DNA of 64,000 bases from Euryarchaeota archaeon UBA558 (GTDB lineage: Archaea > Thermoplasmatota > Poseidoniia > Poseidoniales > Thalassarchaeaceae): positions 26,695 to 90,694 of the forward strand of contig DAZE01000021.1 in assembly GCA_002507175.1 (NCBI GenBank), read 5' to 3'. Shown here piece by piece: positions 46,901 through 53,987 of the stretch (positions are counted from its first letter, which is position 1; each line of letters starts with the position of its first letter). The notes under the pieces were generated by a model. That model did not search any database. It had not been told where the DNA came from and saw only the letters and a program-made list of their open reading frames with translations. A program made the position numbers and the translations under genes.

Positions 46901-49694
46901 GGAAGCCCGATATGCATGCTCATGGAATCTGAACAATATAGGAATTAACCCCTTGAATGGATCTGATGCATTTCAAAACCCAGACGGCGACGGATATGAT
47001 GTTGATGGGGACGGGAACCTTTCCATAGAAGAGCAATTTGTCAATTGGTTCGAATATCACCTGAGAACGGAAATTCTTGTTGGAGGGGCGTGGGAGTCCT
47101 CTGAGAACCTCCCGGACAACTTGACGACATGGCTATTCAACTCCTCAGATCAAATAAGTGATCCTCAGGGTTCATTTGGCGATTTAGCAAGCACAGAGGT
47201 GATCAGCCTCTTGACAGGCATTACCGAACTTGATGTCGGCTCCTCAAATCCAGTTTCTTCAGACACTGACTCAGATGGCATGCCAGATGGATGGGAGGCT
47301 TACCACGCAAGATGGTCCGTTTTCGAGGATAAATGGACGCTCAATCCTGTTAACGGTGATGATAATGTAGGCGATCCGGATGGAGATGGTTTGACTAATT
47401 GGGAGGAATACAACTCCATCCAAGGTAACATGAGCGAGATTGACTCTCTCATCACAGCGCCCCAATTCTATCTACTGAACAGCGGCGGAGATTGGCTTCC
47501 AACACCTTGGTTGACCGCAGACTCAACCTCGTCTTTCGGGGAATCGGCGAAATTATTACACCCAGACAGCCCAATTACAGCGGATCCGAATAATCCCGAC
47601 ACTGACGGTGACGGGTTGCTAGACGGAGTTGAGATGATTTTTACAAAGTGGAATTACGAAGAGGAGACATGGACATTGAATCCACTTGTGCCATCTGACG
47701 GATACTACGACTCAGATCGTGATGGTCTTACGGACTTAATCGAATTGAACTTAACTAATACGAATCCTGAGAACGGTGCCCTAGCCCCTCCTGATGCACC
47801 AAGGTTCCACGAAGAGGCTTCAACGCTGGATGCACTTGAGTCAATGAATAGGGTGTATCGAGTTTTGTTTACCAAACAGGGCAGGGCACATATCGCAATT
47901 TCACAATTCAACGAATGGCAGTCTGACGGCTTCATGAGGCCCTTGTTGGCGTCCCTTGTTGGGGTATCCGATCCGAGTGAACAAGATACTGATCGAGATG
48001 GAATGAGTGATGGGTACGAATACTGGTTCACTGAGTGGGACTTGGAGGCAAATGAATGGACAATCAATCCTTTAACTTCCACAGATGTAAATCGTGATTC
48101 TGATAAAGATTCATGGGATTGCAATGGGGATGGTACGATCTCCCCTTCAGAATCTTTCACCAATCTGGCTGAATATGAATCTCGAATCTATGGCAAACTT
48201 CTCGCGGTCGATACAATTCCCTCAGGAATAGGTACAGTCTCATATGGTAGCGATGCCATCAACGCCCTCAGGTTCGAGAGTGGCCTTTCAGAAGATGAGG
48301 CTATAGAAAGTCTCTATGTGACGTTCTCGACTAAGTCAGACCAATCGCTAGAAAGGATGGGCCTCATCAATCAGTTCAATCCAGATAGTTTCAACCGAAC
48401 CCTCCTTGGAATAAGCGACCCAACTAATGACGACTCTGACATGGACGGCCTCCCGGATGGCTGGGAATATTGTTATTCTGTCTTTGGACATTGGCAGCCC
48501 TTGCCAGAAACGCAATTGAGATGGTCACTAAACCCATTGAACCCACTAGACGGCTCATATGACCCAGATTCAGATGGATGGTATGATAGGACGAACTCAG
48601 ATGTAGCTGCTACTCAGGGAACCTGGGCCAACCGAGTTTTCCAACCGTCAAATCTAACCGATCAAATCGACGTAGGGCTAACACCGTTGCTGTTCACAAA
48701 TCTAATGGAATACAGAAACGGTACACTGCCCCTATCCAACGACACTGATCGAGACTCTGTACTAATGGAACCAGAATTCTCACTAACGGGTTCCGTAGTC
48801 TCCTACAATCAAAATTACAATCTTTCCGATGGAAGAGAGATCCTCAAATACGGGACAAACCCATTGGACAACGACACTGATGGCGACATGATGCCCGATT
48901 TCTATGAGTATCACCTTGGGTGGAATGAAATAAACGACAACTGGTCTTCATTGATGCAAATAGAGGTTGTCTGGCAACAAATATCCTCCAACAGTTGGAA
49001 ACCAGTGAACATAAATGGCGGCTCAATCATGAGGCCAATCCTGAATTGGACGTGGTTTACCTTGGATCCAACCGATCCTACCGATGTAGGTGGAGATGCG
49101 GACAAAGATGGCGACTACGAGTGCAATTTAGGGGGTTGTCAATACGTCCCATATACGAATTTTCAAGAGTATTTCGGAATAGTCAACGCCACCCTGTCAT
49201 CACCAGCACTCGTCAGAGCAGCTCCCCTTGTTGATTGCAGAGGAAATGAAGTCGAGGAAGGGTGGCAATTCAGAGAAGTAGTCTTGGGTCTCTGCGGAAA
49301 TGCTCCATCATCATCCAGCAATTACCTCCGAATGAACAGGATAAGTCAGAGTGACACTCTCTATGCATTAATTATAGATGATAATGACCAAGACTACACT
49401 CAGATAGATACTACCAATGACAATGTGATCCTAAGTGGGAATTGGACTGATTCATTCCAGAGATTTGCTGGTGATCAATTCCATCTTCCCAACACTGGGC
49501 TGGGCGAATATCCATATGGTTGGTGGTTCCTTGACTTTGACGGAGACTCAATCGCCGAGGGCACTAGCCCGACAAACTGGGATACAGACGGAGATTGGTT
49601 GAACGACAGGTTCGAAATCGCCGATGATCTCATCGATGGCATTCGAGGCAATTCAGGCTCTCCCATAAGATATGACGACAGAACAGTACCCTGA
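43950..49694 (+). CDS. giant secreted protein with about 12 bipartite TSP3-type calcium-binding repeat units and a central beta-propeller-like region
   Basis: The ATG at 43950 gives MRRKQTAAFLAIIMLSSVLFLSQ. Repeated D-x-D-x-D-G-(M/L)-P-D-G-W-E motifs include DTDGDGLPDGFE, DSDYDGMPDGWE, DTDGDGMPDGWE, DSDGDSLPDGWE, DTDSDGMPDGWE and DSDMDGLPDGWE. Each is followed by W(T/S)LNPL and a second Asp-rich loop. Around aa 400-760, Reg_prop-like strands appear (LLIGTDSGLIRW, VWLGTPSGIHFID, LLVGSRDGLWALEG). Confidence 0.8.
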   Translation: MRRKQTAAFLAIIMLSSVLFLSQTRPQSPVGTTNPEEATGGAPIAVDTDEDLIPDVHESAFSESISIATLEGGFAVSGLDPLDSTDNLSDYDRDGASALQEFCWPYSLESCFTTRLSLTGKSPEETESGFREYLDPRKSDTDGDGLPDGFEISMCTDGGAGYIDQASTAWVCLHFDPLDPRDAFEDPDQCLGLLEWGCGDGYDFDRDGILEPGERFTSSEEYRYAQPDNWVDERDGLWCQGPIPGIAEGACQSMVESETGSPGWLGSDPRYPDSDSFAIVDGVPTPLAVSGDGITDGWEHHYGLDPRNASDAILDSDQDGWDSSRDGILTPDNSIATSMWGEALSNYEEFRISQDDGFSVRPGLYLSSMDRPLEANFLTETSQPRIADSAIVGTHVSENQGIVVITSRNGVTILDPLSYTTQIFDQPVPGTISDSLLISLADNSVALVLTSNLGIGAFQLTQEGLNPDSSFFLQSDPILSANPLSSSMGPGALLIFGKGGQAHTTRINLDQGVISIESPTTVEVLEQTLRARNATGSVSLHVERPGDTPLLLIGTDSGLIRWTTNDLSDTFGSPIWVYTRDNAETFVGIADLLNSSKSAIVNLLEPAGVLTSSGQIGQLTGVWLGTPSGIHFIDLEDLIFDPLFAISNERMYNPEAWLSGGNDVLSVKQIPGMLLVGSRDGLWALEGDGSGILGMIEPPVMMRGPISDVTSWSSDGEQWIASGVESGQYMNIHPIDPTSPDSDYDGMPDGWEFYHGLDPTNPYDAPRDKDTDGFEVDGPFGFEAPWTNLDEFRYTSISENGSNGTDPRLVDSDGDGLSDGEEYWGWFYDSTLFQCHYLSTGGPGTPAQICDESDGVLARQVHLAGWLNSGSGGGTDVPTDPTNPDTDGDGMPDGWEIRNRRWIGVDYTGGNLWTLDPLDPSDANEDADGDGLTNACEYRWSVLLETVRENGLTTHGESAQSAASWVATDPNLIDSDGDSLPDGWEARYACSWNLNNIGINPLNGSDAFQNPDGDGYDVDGDGNLSIEEQFVNWFEYHLRTEILVGGAWESSENLPDNLTTWLFNSSDQISDPQGSFGDLASTEVISLLTGITELDVGSSNPVSSDTDSDGMPDGWEAYHARWSVFEDKWTLNPVNGDDNVGDPDGDGLTNWEEYNSIQGNMSEIDSLITAPQFYLLNSGGDWLPTPWLTADSTSSFGESAKLLHPDSPITADPNNPDTDGDGLLDGVEMIFTKWNYEEETWTLNPLVPSDGYYDSDRDGLTDLIELNLTNTNPENGALAPPDAPRFHEEASTLDALESMNRVYRVLFTKQGRAHIAISQFNEWQSDGFMRPLLASLVGVSDPSEQDTDRDGMSDGYEYWFTEWDLEANEWTINPLTSTDVNRDSDKDSWDCNGDGTISPSESFTNLAEYESRIYGKLLAVDTIPSGIGTVSYGSDAINALRFESGLSEDEAIESLYVTFSTKSDQSLERMGLINQFNPDSFNRTLLGISDPTNDDSDMDGLPDGWEYCYSVFGHWQPLPETQLRWSLNPLNPLDGSYDPDSDGWYDRTNSDVAATQGTWANRVFQPSNLTDQIDVGLTPLLFTNLMEYRNGTLPLSNDTDRDSVLMEPEFSLTGSVVSYNQNYNLSDGREILKYGTNPLDNDTDGDMMPDFYEYHLGWNEINDNWSSLMQIEVVWQQISSNSWKPVNINGGSIMRPILNWTWFTLDPTDPTDVGGDADKDGDYECNLGGCQYVPYTNFQEYFGIVNATLSSPALVRAAPLVDCRGNEVEEGWQFREVVLGLCGNAPSSSSNYLRMNRISQSDTLYALIIDDNDQDYTQIDTTNDNVILSGNWTDSFQRFAGDQFHLPNTGLGEYPYGWWFLDFDGDSIAEGTSPTNWDTDGDWLNDRFEIADDLIDGIRGNSGSPIRYDDRTVP
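44088..49616 (+). repeat. span of the divergent coding repeats for TSP3-like Asp-rich loops
   Basis: The first unit is DTDEDLIPDVHE (nt 44088) and the last is DTDGDWLNDRFE (ending nt 49616). Codon usage differs between copies, so these are old protein-level repeats. Confidence 0.6.
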
Positions 49695-49701
49695 GGTGTC
49701 A

Positions 49702-49707
49702 TTTTTT
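49702..49707 (+). terminator. oligo-T tract (T6) 8 nt after the stop of the TSP3 giant gene
   Basis: TGA at 49692-49694 is followed by ggtgtcaTTTTTTgg. Confidence 0.35.
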
Positions 49708-50176
49708 GGACGATTCCGCAAAGATCCCCAGTCCCCAACAACCGTTGGAGGAAAGAATCCTCTTCATTCAAGAGAACATGGTCTCCTTCGTCAAACAATA
49801 CAACATGCCCATCGTTGAAGTAGCATTAGTGGTCTCAAAATACATTAGGATTTTACTCGAGAAGCTACAACAAATTGCAAATGTTTCCGGTGAGGAACTA
49901 CCCTTCCATTTACTGTCGCCCACCCCATTCGACGGGGACATTAAGCCACCATTGATCGACTCTTTTCCATTGGAAAGGCTGCTAGATTCGTTGGATGAAG
50001 ACAGGATGGATATTCTAGACACACTGATGAGAACCGCAATCAATGCTGTGGAGGTCCCTTTTTCATCCGTACTGGCCCTATTTCGTGATTGGGAGAGGCT
50101 AATCAGGACGCAGTTATCAGAGTCCAGGAGCCCAGGCCACTTATTCAGCCCAATGAAATTTCCAGAGGATTTCTGA
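49706..50176 (+). CDS. hypothetical cytoplasmic protein
   Basis: 156-aa ORF with a TTG start. The first ATG is at 49778, and the T6 tract overlaps the TTG. Helical and acidic, with no family recognised. Confidence 0.45.
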   Translation: MDDSAKIPSPQQPLEERILFIQENMVSFVKQYNMPIVEVALVVSKYIRILLEKLQQIANVSGEELPFHLLSPTPFDGDIKPPLIDSFPLERLLDSLDEDRMDILDTLMRTAINAVEVPFSSVLALFRDWERLIRTQLSESRSPGHLFSPMKFPEDF

Positions 50177-50178
50177 GG

Positions 50179-50508
50179 TCATCTCGACCGTCCAGAAACA
50201 ATACCGTTTGACACCCACCAAGAGTCTATGATCGACCAAGCGTAGATTATTGGCCAAAGCACTACAGTGAGAAGAAGTGGGAGTTGGAGGATGAACCACC
50301 AGGCTCCTTTTTTGTGCTGCCTGTTGAAATGCTGCCCCAAGTACAGAAAGGGTACGATAGCCAATAGAATCGAGAACGCAGGCCGCAGGGCCCCCCATGG
50401 GCCGATGCCCCCACTGAGCTCATTCCAAATCGCCCTCAAAACACCTAAGGGGGTGGCCCCAACGGATGGATTTGAGTCGACAGTGACGGCGAGCTCGGTT
50501 GTGGCCAT
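50179..50508 (-). CDS. hypothetical small membrane protein
   Basis: 109 aa with two or three hydrophobic segments (FSILLAIVPFLYLG, WWFILQLPLLLTVVLWPIIYAW). It is convergent with the previous ORF. Confidence 0.5.
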   Translation of the reverse strand: MATTELAVTVDSNPSVGATPLGVLRAIWNELSGGIGPWGALRPAFSILLAIVPFLYLGQHFNRQHKKGAWWFILQLPLLLTVVLWPIIYAWSIIDSWWVSNGIVSGRSR

Positions 50509-50584
50509 GATAGTCGGGGAGTCTCATTCGACAAATAATTGATCCTTTTTTTCAAGCGGGGGGGCTATTCTGAATAACGATCAT

Positions 50585-51565
50585 ATTGGCGGAAAAATAC
50601 TTGTCACTGGTTTCGAGCCGTTCGACGGAAAGGCTTCTAATCACTCTTGGGATGTTGCGAAGGCCTCCATAGCGGGACCCATGGCCGACTTTTCAGTCGC
50701 CAAGATTCTATCCGTAGACGAAATTGGTTCATTGCAACCCAGTGAAGAAATCTCATCAGGATCCTTCAAAGGGGCACTTCTTCTTGGTGCCGCATACGAA
50801 AGGTCTGAGGTCTGTATAGAAATCCGAGCTGAGAACAAATTGGATATGGAAAATAAGGATAATTCTGGTAGGAAGATAAAATCGATTATTGAAAGCGGAA
50901 CCCAAAATCACCTAGAAACAACATTCAGCCGACATCTAATAGATGAAATCGTAGAGGAACATGTTGATATGAAAGTAAGTTATGATTGTGGCAATTTTGT
51001 CTGCAACGAGACCTATTATCGAACGTTATCCACGGAAATAAAGAACAGGGCAGCGGGTATGGAAAAGATCCCCATCTTGTTTGTTCATCTACCACCAATC
51101 GAGAGAATTCCGTTTGACCGCCAGGTCGCTTTGGTAAAGAAATTGTTGAAACAGATGATTTCTATCCCTAAGATGGACGTCGTGGGGGCATTAATCAAAG
51201 ATGAATTTGGGAGAATCCTTGCCTGCAGAAGACCCCCGAAGGATCAATGGGCTGGGTACTGGGAATTCCCTGGAGGGAAAATCACAGAAGGGGAGTCTGA
51301 CTATGCCGCTGTGGAAAGAGAAATCCTAGAGGAGTTATGCATATCCATTTCTGCAACGAATGAGGTTGCCAGAATATCCCACAAATACGATGACAGGATT
51401 GTAAACCTAAGGATTATTGATTGTGGAGTCATTGATCCAAATTCGATAATACTCATGGAGCATGATATGTCAAGATGGTTAGAGAAGGGTGAATTGGACC
51501 ACGTGAACTGGCTACCCGCAGATCTACCTATTATCACAGCATGGATGAATGAAGGCATACCTTGA
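50585..51565 (+). CDS. pyroglutamyl-peptidase I (C15) fused to a MutT-like Nudix hydrolase
   Basis: The Pcp part has KILVTGFEPFDG, a catalytic Glu context (CIEIRAEN, compare ERvAiN), a Cys nucleophile (CGNFVCNETYY) and a His (LFVHLPP). The Nudix box WEFPGGKITEGESDYAAVEREILEELCI matches Gx5Ex7REUxEExGU with G>C at the last Gly. The first in-frame ATG is at 50681, downstream of the conserved first strand. The frame is open from 50543 with only ATT, CTG or ATA as possible starts. Confidence 0.7.
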   Translation: MGGKILVTGFEPFDGKASNHSWDVAKASIAGPMADFSVAKILSVDEIGSLQPSEEISSGSFKGALLLGAAYERSEVCIEIRAENKLDMENKDNSGRKIKSIIESGTQNHLETTFSRHLIDEIVEEHVDMKVSYDCGNFVCNETYYRTLSTEIKNRAAGMEKIPILFVHLPPIERIPFDRQVALVKKLLKQMISIPKMDVVGALIKDEFGRILACRRPPKDQWAGYWEFPGGKITEGESDYAAVEREILEELCISISATNEVARISHKYDDRIVNLRIIDCGVIDPNSIILMEHDMSRWLEKGELDHVNWLPADLPIITAWMNEGIP

Positions 51566-51566
51566 C

Positions 51567-52055
51567 CTATTTTCTGCGTTTCGAGACCCACACGGATGAG
51601 CTCCCATCATCATTCATGGATGAGTCATCGTTCGGGTATCGAGGAAATTCTTCTCTGCCATTGTGATAAGTTAGTTCAGTAAGGTAGCTATCTAGATTTT
51701 CTCGTGTAACAGTCACATCAATGCATCCCCCCATGGGTGGATCCTCCAAGACGAATGAGCACCTGCCCACGGTTGCAGCTTGCCTTGATAGTGAAAAATG
51801 GGTTGTCTCACCATCAGAATGTAGGGTCATTGCATCCAAAGCGGTATCCAATATCCTATTCTTCCTACAATTTTCGATTATTCCGTTGAGACTCATTACA
51901 TCAGAGATCATTCTAGTGGGGGTTGAATTGGATGGGAATCTACTCCTGGGAGGAATTTCTTCGGGATTCCAGTCAGGAAAGAATTGTTGAGTCGCAGCCA
52001 CAACTAATTCTGGATGCTCGTGTGGAAGGAGATTTGTTGCAACAACGATTCTCAT
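51567..52055 (-). CDS. UPF0201/COG1931-like putative RNA-binding protein
   Basis: MRIVVATNLLPHEHPELVVAATQQFFP resembles the 'V.a.V.PTEd.ekV..al.nlFP' N-terminus, and FSLSRQAATVGRCSF resembles 'hLnKQAA.vG.vsF'. The track ORF extends to 52097 with earlier Met codons. Confidence 0.45.
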   Translation of the reverse strand: MRIVVATNLLPHEHPELVVAATQQFFPDWNPEEIPPRSRFPSNSTPTRMISDVMSLNGIIENCRKNRILDTALDAMTLHSDGETTHFSLSRQAATVGRCSFVLEDPPMGGCIDVTVTRENLDSYLTELTYHNGREEFPRYPNDDSSMNDDGSSSVWVSKRRK

Positions 52056-52120
52056 GGTACCAACGGGGCACATGATGTACATCATATCTACCTTCAACAG
52101 GTCACATTCATTTCAAAGAA

Positions 52121-52801
52121 ATGTTTCCGAAGGGCATGACTAACAGATCGTTTCCAGTTTCAGTGGCATTGTTGTTCACCCCTACAATTATTCTGCTGGC
52201 AATTAGAATGATATTGCCCACGGTCGACTCCATCTTAAATTCTGATAGAAATAGCATGGTAATCCTCCACGGGGGCGCTATTTTCATCGGAATTTTATTG
52301 ATATTGAGGGGAAATAGGAGCAAGGACCATGAATATCTAAGATCAAGTGCAATTAACAGACTCAACAAGATTTACAATCAGGAGGACGCGGGGTTATGGT
52401 CTAGAGCCGATGAAGCATTGGCAAAGCTTGAGACTAGGAGGACTAGGGGAGGGAAATTGAATATTCCTAGTGATGTATCCAGCATAAACAAGGAATCTAT
52501 TGAACTCGACATAGGGAAGAAAGAGCCGGCCGACATCAGGATAAGCGGAGTAGATCTTGCTTTTGACGTAGGACATGGCGTTGATGAGAGAAAGGCCCAA
52601 CAAATCCCAGGAGAGAAGGTCAAAACACGAGGTTTATCCGCATGGATAGACAAGCGAGCAGAAAAAATAGCAACCAAAAGGGCAAACAGAGGAAAAATCA
52701 ATGCTGAGGTGGGTACAACTGTGCCTGGTGTCTGTAGGGTCTGTGGAATACCGCAAATTAAGAGTGGAACTAATTGTGCATTTTGTGGAGCAAATAAGTA
52801 A
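52121..52801 (+). CDS. hypothetical membrane protein with C-terminal zinc ribbon
   Basis: 226 aa with two N-terminal TM segments, a basic coiled region and the terminal sequence CRVCGIPQIKSGTNCAFCGANK. Confidence 0.55.
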   Translation: MFPKGMTNRSFPVSVALLFTPTIILLAIRMILPTVDSILNSDRNSMVILHGGAIFIGILLILRGNRSKDHEYLRSSAINRLNKIYNQEDAGLWSRADEALAKLETRRTRGGKLNIPSDVSSINKESIELDIGKKEPADIRISGVDLAFDVGHGVDERKAQQIPGEKVKTRGLSAWIDKRAEKIATKRANRGKINAEVGTTVPGVCRVCGIPQIKSGTNCAFCGANK

Positions 52802-52853
52802 AGCCTGCGTCGGATTGAAAGAGAACCCCCTTGAGCATTAGTACGGGGTGCAC

Positions 52854-53987
52854 ATGGCAAAGAGGGACTACTACGAGGTCCTCGGACTCGATCGCAATGC
52901 GTCTCAAGATGACGTAAAAAGAGCATTCCGGTCATTGGCAAGAAAATTCCATCCGGATAAGAATCCCGACGATCCGGACTCTGAATCCAAATTCAAAGAA
53001 GTACAAGAAGCATATGCAATTCTATCCAATCCTGATGAAAAATCCAAGTATGACAGATATGGCCATAACAGGCCAGGAGGGAACCCATTTGGTCCCGATG
53101 GATTCCAAGGAGTTGACATCAACATCGAGGATCTATTTGGAGGAGGTTTTGAGAGTATCTTCGGAAGTATATTCGGAGGACGTAGGTCCAGAGGCAGTGA
53201 GAGAGGGTCGGACCTCCTATACAGACATTCCATTTCATTTGAAGAGGCCTTTACGGGTTTAGATGCGGATATTGAGATCGAAGTCATGTCCGTCTGCGAG
53301 TCTTGTGATGGCTCAGGAGCTTTTACTCCTGACGATCTAGAGGTTTGTGCCACTTGTGAGGGCCATGGCCGACTCAGAAGAATGCAAAGAGTAGGCCCAT
53401 TTACCCAACAAGTCGTTTCAGATTGCCCTGCTTGCAATGGAAAAGGGAGTACGATTGCAAGGAGCTGCACATCTTGCAGAGGAGATGGCCGAATAAACAA
53501 AAACAAGAAGGTTAGGTTCTCCATACCCCCTGGCATTGAGTCTGGAACCCGCCTGAGGATGAGCGGGTATGGCGAGGCATCGAGGGATGCCCGGGGCCCT
53601 TCTGGCCACTTGTACATCGAAATATCCCACAAAAGCCACGAGTGGTTCGAAAGAGACGGTAGTGACCTGTTGATGGCCCTACCAATCAATTTCGTTGACT
53701 TAACGCTCGGATGCGAACTAGAGTTGCCCCATGTAGACGGTGAAGATTTGAAAATCAAGGTTCCCAAGGGGTCAATGCCAGGAGACACTGTATCGATCAA
53801 AGGGAGAGGGTTTCCAAACAACCGTCGCTCTGGGAGGGGAGATGTCACAGTGGTTTTGAGGTTGAAATCCTCAGGGAAAATATCAAGAAAGGCCAAAAAG
53901 GCCCTTGAGGAGCTCAGAGTATTGATAGATGATGGGAAGGAAACTCATGAATCGGCAATGGATGAAGCAAAACGCAGACGAAGGTAA
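52854..53987 (+). CDS. dnaJ: molecular chaperone DnaJ (type I)
   Basis: The J domain is KRDYYEVLGLDRNASQDDVKRAFRSLARKFHPDKNP. A G/F-rich linker follows, then four CxxCxGxG zinc motifs (CESCDGSG, CATCEGHG, CPACNGKG, CTSCRGDG). The ATG at 52854 follows GGGGTG. No dnaK or grpE is adjacent. Confidence 0.9.
   Translation: MAKRDYYEVLGLDRNASQDDVKRAFRSLARKFHPDKNPDDPDSESKFKEVQEAYAILSNPDEKSKYDRYGHNRPGGNPFGPDGFQGVDINIEDLFGGGFESIFGSIFGGRRSRGSERGSDLLYRHSISFEEAFTGLDADIEIEVMSVCESCDGSGAFTPDDLEVCATCEGHGRLRRMQRVGPFTQQVVSDCPACNGKGSTIARSCTSCRGDGRINKNKKVRFSIPPGIESGTRLRMSGYGEASRDARGPSGHLYIEISHKSHEWFERDGSDLLMALPINFVDLTLGCELELPHVDGEDLKIKVPKGSMPGDTVSIKGRGFPNNRRSGRGDVTVVLRLKSSGKISRKAKKALEELRVLIDDGKETHESAMDEAKRRRR

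Noticed and set aside
44088-49616. Possibility that the many GAYxCxGAYGGxGAYGG-type recurrences are a nucleotide-level tandem repeat or CRISPR-like array
   Set aside because: The copies differ in codon choice and spacing and lie in one long ORF. They are protein-level TSP3 repeats. No direct repeat/spacer periodicity was seen anywhere in the window.
52904-53896. 330-aa minus-strand ORF
   Set aside because: It lies entirely antisense to dnaJ, whose J-domain and four zinc-finger motifs are unambiguous. The product is Ser/Pro-rich and low in complexity.
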